From an uncultured delta proteobacterium (GTDB lineage Bacteria > Desulfobacterota > Binatia > UBA9968): a DNA stretch of 64,000 bases. Positions within the stretch are counted from its first letter, which is position 1, and each line of letters begins with the position of its first letter. This document shows positions 29,841 through 37,826 of this stretch, piece by piece. The stretch lies in assembly GCA_963760795.1 (NCBI GenBank), contig CAVXEP010000031.1, forward strand, positions 32,001 to 96,000. The letters are read 5' to 3'. The position numbers and the translations under genes are program-made. The notes below the pieces were generated by a model. That model did not search any database. It worked only from the letters and a program-made list of their open reading frames with translations, and had not been told where the DNA came from.

Positions 29841-30932
29841 TCAAGGGCCGGGGTATGCGGCGGGGACGATCGGTCTTGTGGTTAGGGTCGCGGCGAATTC
29901 ACTGCCGCCATGGCTTACGGTCAACTTGGTGCCCGGCGTCCAGCAGTCTTTGTTGACGTAAGCCCAAGGCAATTGGCCGGTGCAGTGCGAAGGAGACGAC
30001 GGAGCTGGTGATCTGGCCGACCTCTTTGTTGCCGGCGCTGATCTTGTCGCCAGGGCTTGCCGGCGTGTCACCATCGAGCAAGAGCCCGCAGAGTTTCTTG
30101 TTGACATGGCCGCGCGAGCGGATGCGCTCGACCACTTCCTGGCCCAAATAACAGCCCTTGGTGAAACTCACGGCGTCATCCAAGGCAACTTCAAGTAGCA
30201 GATTATCTTCGGAGAAATCAATACCGTACCGAGGAATACCGGCTTCGATGCGCAAGATATTCTGTGCCTGTTCGCCGACCCAGGCGGCGCCCAGTTCGGT
30301 TAACCGTTGAGCAAAGCCCGCGAGCTGAGAAGTTTGCACGATCAGATCGAAGCCGTCATGGCCCGTACGATCGGCGCGCACGACGCAGACCGGAGTGGCG
30401 TCGAATTGCACCATGCCATGGTGATTAGGTTGCAGCCGGCAGCTCGGCGTTGGCAAACAGCTTGGTCAAGCATCACTTGCGCCCGTGGCCCCTGCAGCGA
30501 CAGCATTTTCCATTGCTCATTGGGATCGTGGATCTCCACGTCGTCGGCGACTAGATAGCGATTGAGATGGGTGAGAATCTTTTCTTTCAGCGGCTCCCAA
30601 AAGTCCAGGTAGAAAGAGTTCAGCGAACACAACACGCGCAGGTCGGCGACCACCTTGCCTTGTTGGGTAAGAATCGTGGCCTGCTGGCCGTCGAACATTT
30701 TTAGCGGTCGCAGATCGTTGGATAGCATGCCTTGCAGATAAGGCAGCCGGTCCTCGCCGGTGAATTGCAGCATGGCGCGATTGGCTAGGTCGAACAGGCC
30801 GGCGGATTCACGAACCGATTTGTATTCGCTCGCCGGATCGCCGAAATGGTCGGGCAATCGCCAGCCATCCCGTTCGATGAAAGTCGCCCCCTGGCGTTCG
30901 TGCAAATCCGCTAGTGTCGATCGCTTTGCCAT
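29841..30932 (-). CDS. GcvT/YgfZ family folate-binding aminomethyltransferase-like protein, two frameshifts (~30450, ~29965)
   Basis: GcvT-like N-terminus, LRIEAG, KGCYLGQE motif, IALGYV tail spread over three ORFs. Confidence 0.85.
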
Positions 30933-31051
30933 AGCTGGGAAAATATACCGTCATGCGTTGCCATTGACAATGCCAATGGCCGCTTCTCGATCATTGATAG
31001 ATAGTTCACCGGTGTGATAGACAGATAATATCTTAAGATGGAGGTGTCTTC

Positions 31052-31520
31052 ATGGCAGGACTTGAAGGGCAAAAAGCGCCGGCGTTCACCTTGGCGGGGA
31101 GCGACGGCAAACAACATTCGCTAGCTGAGTACGCTGGCAAAAACGTCATTCTGTGGTTTTATCCGAAAGACGATACACCTGGCTGAACCAAAGAAGCGTG
31201 CGGGTTCCGCGACGCTATCGATACCGTTACGCAAAGCCAATACCGTGGTTGTGGGTGTCAGCCCGGATGGCATCGATTCGCATAATCAGTTCATTAGCAA
31301 GTTTAACCTGCCGTTTATGCTGCTCGCCGACCAGCAGAAAGATACCATGAAGGCCTATGGCGCCTGGGGACCGCGCAAAAATGCCGCGGGCGAAGTCTCG
31401 GAAGGGACGATTCGCTCGACCGCTTTGATCGGCCCCGATGGCACGGTAAAGAAGCATTGGATTCCTGTCACTGATCCCGGCGCGCATCCGGCTGAAGTTT
31501 TGGAATTCCTCGGTAAGTAA
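31052..31520 (+). CDS. bcp: selenocysteine-containing BCP/PrxQ peroxiredoxin (Sec45), plus one extra-base frameshift near 31224
   Basis: GGAGG RBS and ATG 31052: MAGLEGQKAPAFTLAGSDGKQHSLAEYAGKNVILWFYPKDDTPG-TGA(31184-86)-TKEACGFRD; colinear with the Cys paralogue at 35154; C-terminus is ORF 31245..31520. Confidence 0.85.
31195..31216 (+). promoter_or_regulatory. putative bacterial SECIS hairpin
   Basis: AGCGT-GCGG-[GTT]-CCGC-g-ACGCT, G-initiated apical loop starting 18 nt after the UGA. Confidence 0.75.
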
Positions 31521-31536
31521 GTAATCGAAAACCGTA

Positions 31537-31582
31537 GCTGAGGGAGCGCTGCCGATTTTTCATGATGGCGCGCTCCCTCAGC
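31537..31582. repeat. 13-bp perfect inverted repeat (stem-loop without U tract)
   Basis: gctgagggagcgc ... gcgctccctcagc. Confidence 0.6.
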
Positions 31583-31602
31583 GGCGAACCTCTCGGCATT
31601 CC

Positions 31603-32515
31603 ATGGCGAAAATCAAAGCCGACCTCGATCTCCACAAATTAGAAATTTTCTACTGGGTCGCTGAACATAAGAGTTTTTCTCAGGCTGCCGAGCTGCTCTC
31701 ACTGCGCCAGCCCACTATCAGCGCGCATGTCCAAGAGCTCGAAAAAGCGGTTGGCGGCAAACTGCTCTACCGCATGCCGGGCAAGATCAGTCTGACGCCA
31801 TTGGGCCTCATGCTCGCCGAACGGGCGAAGAATCTGCTCGCCTTCAAACGCGAAACCGTTGCCGCTGTGGAGCAGTTTCACGGCACCCTCAGCGGCGAGC
31901 TTTGGGTCGGCGGCAGCAGTGTTCCCGGCGAATATCTCCTGCCGCAAAAGCTCGGCGAGTTCACCAAAAAATTCCCCCAGGTAAAACCGATCCTGCGCAT
32001 CGGCGATTCCGCCGGCGTGATCGCCGATCTGTTGGACGGCAAAGTTGAGATCGGCTTTGTCGGTTTTAACGACGATGACGACCGGCTCATTTTCGAAAAG
32101 ATCTGGGACGATGAAATGATCGTGGCCGTGCCCAAAGGCCATCCATGGAGTACGCGGAAGGCGATTGAAGTCGCGCGATTTGCGCAGTGAAAAATTCATC
32201 TCCCGCGAACACGGCTCGGGCACGCTGGACTCAATCGGGAAATTGCTCGCCAGGCGTAAACAGCCTGCCCGTGAGCTATTGAACATCACCATGGAACTCG
32301 GCAGCACGGCGGCCGTGAAAGAAGCTTTGATGGCCGGTTACGGTTTTTCGATTCTATCACGCATATCGATTCGCCATGAGCTCGACCAAGGCAGCATCGT
32401 CGAGGTGCCGATCCGCGGCGTGAAACTCGAACGGGGCTTTTACCAAGTTTTTCATAGCCGCCGGCCGTTCCATCCCATCGCCCAAGCGTTTCGCGATTTT
32501 CTCAAACGCCGATAA
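31603..32515 (+). CDS. LysR family regulator, CysL-like, frameshift near 32175
   Basis: SFSQAAELLSLRQPTISAHVQELE HTH, SSVPGEYLLP, FISREHGSGT, ELGSTAAVKEA. Confidence 0.88.
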
Positions 32516-32560
32516 CTGCGGCAGTTTTTTTCATCGAAATTTTTATCTCCGCGGTCTTAC

Positions 32561-32575
32561 ATAGCTAATTTCTAT
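32561..32575. promoter_or_regulatory. putative LysR recognition box
   Basis: ATAG-ctaattt-CTAT perfect dyad with T-N11-A spacing, 30 nt upstream of ATG 32606. Confidence 0.6.
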
Positions 32576-32605
32576 TTAGTATATAGCCTAAATGGAGGAC
32601 AAGTT

Positions 32606-33964
32606 ATGGCACTGCCGTTAAAGAGCCGCGGTCCGAGCGCTGCCGAGCAGTTGCGTGACAGGTTGGTCGATGCCTGGGCGCGTTCAGACAAGCTTTTCAA
32701 CATCGTTGGCACGGGCCAAAGTTTAACCAAGCCGATCGTTTGGCGTCATCCGTTTATTTTTTACATCGGTCACTTGCCGGCGTTTTCCTGGAACCAGGTT
32801 TGCGGCGGTATTCTGCAATGGCCGTCTTTCAACGCTTATTATGACGATCTGTTCTGCCGCGGTATCGATCCCGACGTCGACACCGGCGAATGCCACTGGC
32901 ACCCGGAGGTTCCGGAAGAATGGCCAAGTCTTGAGCAAACCGTCAGATATCGTGACCGGGTCCGGCGCGCGCTTTTAGAGTCTACCGAAGCGATTGCCTA
33001 TTGTCGTTCCAGCGATCTGTTGGCCCAAGGCGGGCGCGTCTTTGAGCTGATCTTGGAGCATGAATACATGCATCAAGAGACTTTGCTCTACATGATGCAG
33101 CAGATGGCGCCTGGCGATAAAGTCCGGCCGCGAGAATCTTTCCGTTACTCATTCGGGCGCGCCGCGAGGGTGGAAAGCATTCGCATACCGCGTGGCAAAG
33201 CCCGGCTGGGAGCGTGCTTCGAGGATCTCACTTTCGGTTGGGACAATGAGTTCTCTGATATCACGGTTGATGTCGCAGGCTTCGCGATGGACTCTTTGCC
33301 GGTTACCAATGGCGAATATCTCGAGTTTGTTCTTTCCGGTGGGTACGCGGCGCGCCGCTACTGGCGCGCGGATGATTGGCACTGGAAGGAACTGGAGAAG
33401 AAACAGCATCCGACCGGTTGGTGTAAGCAGGATCACACCTGGTCATACCGTGCCATGTTCGACCACTTACCGTTGGAACAAGTGGCTAGCTGGCCTGTCT
33501 ACGTAAGTCTGGCGGAAGCGCGCGCCTATGCAGCTTGGCGCGGCAAACGCTTGCCGACGGAAGCCGAATATCATCGCGCCGCTTATTACGGTCCGGACGA
33601 ACGGGAGTCGACTTATCCCTGGGGTGACGCGCAGCCGACAGCGCGGCACGGCAACTTCAATTTTACCGCCTGGTCGCCACAGCCGGTCGGCTCGCACCCC
33701 GCGGGTGCGAGCCGTTGGGGAGTTCAAGAGCTGGTCGGTAATGGTTGGGAGCTGACCGATACACCGTTCGCGCCGTTGCCGGGGTTCACGCCTTATATGA
33801 CGACCTATCCCGACTATTCCAAGGATTTCTTTGACGGCAAACATTTTGTCGTCAAAGGCGCCTCCTGGGCCACCGATGCGGGACTGCTGCGGCCAAGTTT
33901 TCGCAATTGGTATCAAGCACATTATCCCTACGTGTTCGCCAAGTTTCGCTGTGTCGCGGATTGA
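32606..33964 (+). CDS. non-heme iron sulfoxide synthase of the EgtB/Egt1/OvoA/SenA superfamily (DinB + FGE-sulfatase domains)
   Basis: FYIGH and EHEYMHQE iron ligands, RGIDPDVD, RLPTEAE, GNGWE, KGASW, FRNWY. Confidence 0.85.
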   Translation: MALPLKSRGPSAAEQLRDRLVDAWARSDKLFNIVGTGQSLTKPIVWRHPFIFYIGHLPAFSWNQVCGGILQWPSFNAYYDDLFCRGIDPDVDTGECHWHPEVPEEWPSLEQTVRYRDRVRRALLESTEAIAYCRSSDLLAQGGRVFELILEHEYMHQETLLYMMQQMAPGDKVRPRESFRYSFGRAARVESIRIPRGKARLGACFEDLTFGWDNEFSDITVDVAGFAMDSLPVTNGEYLEFVLSGGYAARRYWRADDWHWKELEKKQHPTGWCKQDHTWSYRAMFDHLPLEQVASWPVYVSLAEARAYAAWRGKRLPTEAEYHRAAYYGPDERESTYPWGDAQPTARHGNFNFTAWSPQPVGSHPAGASRWGVQELVGNGWELTDTPFAPLPGFTPYMTTYPDYSKDFFDGKHFVVKGASWATDAGLLRPSFRNWYQAHYPYVFAKFRCVAD

Positions 33965-33990
33965 CCCGTGCTCAATCGAAAGGATTAAAC

Positions 33991-34272
33991 ATGAAAGCTG
34001 TTTGGCAGAACACAGTCGTCGCCGAATCAAACGAAACCATCGTCGTCGAAGGCAATCATTACTTTCCGCCGGATTCGATCAAGAAGGATTGCTTCGCGCC
34101 GAGCGACACCCACAGCACTTGTCCCTGGAAAGGCTTGGCCAGTTACTATCACGTCAAGGTGGGCGAGCAAGTCAACCAAGATGCCGCTTGGTTCTATCCC
34201 GAACCGAAGGAGGCGGCCAAGTCGATCAAAGACTACGTCGCGTTCTGGCGGGGCGTGACGATCAGCGAGTAG
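33991..34272 (+). CDS. DUF427 family protein
   Basis: AAGGA RBS, VEGNHYFPP, CPWKGLASYY, AAWFYPEP. Confidence 0.9.
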   Translation: MKAVWQNTVVAESNETIVVEGNHYFPPDSIKKDCFAPSDTHSTCPWKGLASYYHVKVGEQVNQDAAWFYPEPKEAAKSIKDYVAFWRGVTISE

Positions 34273-34285
34273 CAATTCCGCCTTG

Positions 34286-35086
34286 ATGAACACTTTAAAG
34301 CTCGCTTCCTGCATGGCGGAGAACACCGAAGATTTCTGTCGAGCTATCGCCGAGTATCTCCAACGGAAGCTCAATGTCCCGACGGAGTATGTCACCGGGA
34401 TACCATGGCAGGAGCGTGAAGCGCTCTTCGATGGCGGCGAGATTCAAGTGCTTTGGCTCTGTGGATTACCCTACGTGCACAAGGCCGACCTTGCCGAGAG
34501 CAGCATGGAGTTGCTCGCCGTGCCGATACCGGTGGGAGAGCGCTATGGATCGAGACCCGTTTATTTTTCCGACGTGGTCGTGCGCCGGGACAGCACTTGC
34601 CGATCTTTCCGTGACCTGCGTGGCGCGACCTGGGCTTACAACGAGCCGCGCTCCCATTCCGGTTTTAACGTCGTGCGCGCGCATCTGTTCGATCTCGGCG
34701 AAGTCGATCATTTTTTTGCCGCGGCGGTGGAAGCCGGCGCCCATTCCAAGTCGTTGCAAATGATCTTATCGGGAGCCGTCGACGGCGCGGCCATCGACAG
34801 CACCGTGTTGGAGTGGCTCGGCGGCCAGCGGAATGATCTAGCGGATGAGATTCGCGTGATCGACACCATCGGGCCGAGTCCGATTCCGCCCTGGGTGATC
34901 TCGCGCCAGGTTGCGCCATCCCAACGGCAGGCGCTGCGCCAGTTGCTCGGCGAGATGCATCTCGATCCCGCTGGCCGCGAGGTCCTCTCGGATGGCCGAT
35001 GGTTGCGTTTTACCGCGGCCAATGATCACGATTACGATCCGATTCGGGCGATGGCGCTTAAGGCCGAGCGGGTTTCGTTAGTTTGA
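34286..35086 (+). CDS. PhnD/SsuA-like substrate-binding protein lacking a signal peptide
   Basis: WLCGLPY, YFSDVVVR, AYNEPRSHSG, GAH..S, DGAAIDS, DYDPIR. Confidence 0.8.
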   Translation: MNTLKLASCMAENTEDFCRAIAEYLQRKLNVPTEYVTGIPWQEREALFDGGEIQVLWLCGLPYVHKADLAESSMELLAVPIPVGERYGSRPVYFSDVVVRRDSTCRSFRDLRGATWAYNEPRSHSGFNVVRAHLFDLGEVDHFFAAAVEAGAHSKSLQMILSGAVDGAAIDSTVLEWLGGQRNDLADEIRVIDTIGPSPIPPWVISRQVAPSQRQALRQLLGEMHLDPAGREVLSDGRWLRFTAANDHDYDPIRAMALKAERVSLV

Positions 35087-35153
35087 TCGCCTGTGATAAA
35101 TGATTCGTCAGCTTATTGAATATCCCGTCGACAACCCTAGGAGGAGTTGACCC

Positions 35154-35621
35154 ATGGCTAGTTTAGAAGGTAAAAAGGCCCCGGCCTTTAGTCTGGAAGG
35201 CAACGATGGCAAGACGCATTCGCTAGAAGACTACAAAGGCAAAACCGTCGTGCTGTATTTTTATCCAAAGGACAACACGCCCGGTTGCACCAAGGAAGCC
35301 TGCGGGTTTCGCGATCTGAATGCGGCATTGAAAAAATCAAACGCCGTGGTCATGGGCGTCAGTAAGGATAGCCTCGACTCGCACAACAAGTTTGTCGAGA
35401 AGTTTAAATTGCCTTTTGTGCTGTTGTCCGATCCGAAGCTCGAGATGATGAAGAAGTACAGCGCTTACGGCAAAAAAATGATGTACGGCAAGGAAGTGCA
35501 GGGAACGATTCGTTCCACCGTCGTCATCGGTCCCAAGGGTGACGTGATCAAGCATTGGACTACGGTCAAGAAAGCTGAGGAACACCCGCAAGCAGTGCTC
35601 GACTATCTAAAAAATAGTTAG
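35154..35621 (+). CDS. bcp: BCP/PrxQ peroxiredoxin, cysteine form
   Basis: YFYPKDNTPGCTKEAC.FRD, AGGAGG RBS. Confidence 0.93.
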   Translation: MASLEGKKAPAFSLEGNDGKTHSLEDYKGKTVVLYFYPKDNTPGCTKEACGFRDLNAALKKSNAVVMGVSKDSLDSHNKFVEKFKLPFVLLSDPKLEMMKKYSAYGKKMMYGKEVQGTIRSTVVIGPKGDVIKHWTTVKKAEEHPQAVLDYLKNS

Positions 35622-35664
35622 CGCCGCGCTCTTAAACGGCAACGTTGTCGTTGGCTGTCAAGAA

Positions 35665-35692
35665 TTGACAACCGGCCTTTAAGGGGTATGAT
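35665..35692 (+). promoter_or_regulatory. sigma70-type promoter
   Basis: TTGACA-16 nt-TATGAT upstream of the transglutaminase-like gene. Confidence 0.6.
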
Positions 35693-35736
35693 CCACACCA
35701 CATTAAAACAAACTATCTATCGAACAGGGAGGACCT

Positions 35737-36835
35737 ATGGATCGCCGTGAATTTTTGAAACAGGGCTTGTCCGCCTCGGCGGGATTGGCCTTGGCCGGTA
35801 TGCCGAAATTCGCCGGTTGGGCGCACGCCGATGATCCGACCAAGTGGCGCACTTTCGAGGTGACGACGACTATCGAAGTGAAGGATCCGGTGGGCGGCGT
35901 GCGCACGTGGATACCCGTGCCGTTAACCAGCGCCACGGATTATTTTAAGCGCGAACCTGATACCTGGACGGGCAACTTCAAAGCCGCCCGCGCGGTGCAA
36001 TACGACAAGTACGGCACGGGCCTGGTTTTCGCTGAATGGGCTCCCAGCGAAAAGGCGCCGGCATTGGAAGTGAAGAGCCGCTTCATGACCCGCGACCGTC
36101 AGGTCGATGTGAACGGCAAGCCCAATGCCGCGATCAAAGAGAACCCGGCGGTGCTGACTTATTTTCGCCAACCGTCCAAGTTAATCCGCACTGACGGCAT
36201 CGTGGCGACGACCTCGAAGAGCATCGTGATGGGATTGAAAACCGATGTCGATAAGGCCAAAGCGATTTACGAATGGATTGTCGACAATACCTTCCGCGAT
36301 GCCAAGGTCAAGGGCTGCGGCATCGGTGATATTTCCACCATGCTAGAAAGCGGCTACTTGGGCGGTAAATGCGCCGATCTTAATGCCCTGTACGTCGGTC
36401 TCGCCCGCGCCGCGGGTTTGCCGGCCCGCGACGTCTACGGCGTGCGTGTCGCCGCCTCTTCGGAATTCAAGAGCCTGGGCCGGGCCGACGATATCACGGG
36501 GGCACAGCACTGCCGCGCTGAAGTTTATCTCAATCAGTATGGCTGGCTGCCGATAGATCCGGCTGACGTGCGTAAAGTTGTCCTCGAAGAGAACCTGCCG
36601 GCAGAGCCATTGCCGCTGACCGATCCCAAGGTGAAGCGCGCGCGCGAGAAACTTGTTTGGCGCCTGGGAAATGAACTGGCTGCCGTACAACTACGCCCAC
36701 GACGTCAAGCTGCCTAATTCCAAACTTTCGGAAGTCGCGTTTTTCATGTACCCGCAGTTGGAAACCGCCAATGGCCGGCGTGATAGTTTGGACCCGGCGA
36801 ATTTCAAATACACGATCAAGTCAAAAGAAGTCTAG
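35737..36835 (+). CDS. Tat-exported transglutaminase-like protein, frameshift near 36652
   Basis: MDRREFLK Tat motif, GGKCADL, QHCRAE, W.PIDPAD triad; the C-terminus FGAWEMNW lies in 36653..36835. Confidence 0.85.
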
Positions 36836-36860
36836 AGCGAAATTTTCGACGATGACCTAG

Positions 36861-36896
36861 ACAAGGCCGCCACAATTTGGCGGCCTTGTTATTTTT
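36861..36896 (+). terminator. intrinsic terminator
   Basis: acaaggccgcca-caatt-tggcggccttgt followed by tattttt. Confidence 0.8.
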
Positions 36897-36964
36897 GCCG
36901 GCTCATATTCGCGGAGGGTATCCAGGAGAGGGCGGACACGTGGATCCGCCGCTGCTTTTAGAAC

Positions 36965-37824
36965 CTACCTGCTCAGGGCCTCTTGAATTGCCCGGGCGAC
37001 GTAAACGTGGGTGAGATGGGCGCGGTACTCCGACGAGCCGTTGATATCTTCGATGACTTCGATATTGCGGGTTGACTCAGCGGCGGCTTCCTCGATCAAC
37101 TTCTGGTCGAGTTTTTTTCCAGTTAACATCTGTTCGGTGCGCTCGGGCCGGTAGGCTTTGTCAGCGACACCGGTGATGCCGATCGCCGCGCGGCTGCATG
37201 TGCCGGCGGCATCGATAGCCAAGCGCACGGCGACTCCGGTGACGGCGAAACCGGAAGAGCGTGGCGCGGCTTTTTGATAGGCAGTCTTGTCGTTGCCGGT
37301 TATCGGCACCTTGATTCCAGTGACGATCTCGTCCGGCTCCAGCACGCTCATCAATAAACCGAGAAAGAAGTCGTCGCACTTCACAAAGCGCTCGCCGCTG
37401 GGACCGAAGACGCGAATCTCGGCATCGAGGGCGATTACAGCCGCCGGCCAATCGCCGGCCGGATCGGCGTGGGCGATGCTGCCGCCGATGGTGCCGCGGT
37501 TACGCACCTGCACGTCGGCGATGGTGGTGGCGGTTTGCGGCAGCAGCGGACACTTGGCTTTGAGCAGGTCGGAATATTCAATCTGCTCGTGAGTGACCAG
37601 CGCGCCGATGATGAGATTGTTGCCGTCTTCGCTTATGGTATCCAAGCCGGGGATGCGGCCGATGTCGACGATGTAGGCAGGCTTTGACAAGCGCATTTTC
37701 ATCAGCGGCAGCAAGCTCTGCCCGCCGGAGAGAATTTTTACATCGTCTCGATGATCCGCGGAAGACCTTTAACCGCGTCGGCGAGAGATCGGGGCGCAAA
37801 GTATTCGAAGGAGCCGGGTATCAT
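36965..37824 (-). CDS. Mo-hydroxylase FAD-binding subunit (CoxM-like), frameshift near the 5' end (~37760)
   Basis: MIPGSFEYFAPRSL start at 37824, LSGGQSLLPLMK, QVRNRGTIGG...HADPAGD. Confidence 0.88.
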
Positions 37825-37826
37825 GA

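Noticed and set aside
32188-32190. TGA ending the first lysR ORF as a second Sec codon
   Set aside because: Homology continues in a different frame from about 32175, so this is an indel and not readthrough
32606-33964. Calling the gene senA, ovoA or egtB outright
   Set aside because: No senB/selD or egtD nearby and no OvoA methyltransferase domain; the subfamily needs a phylogeny
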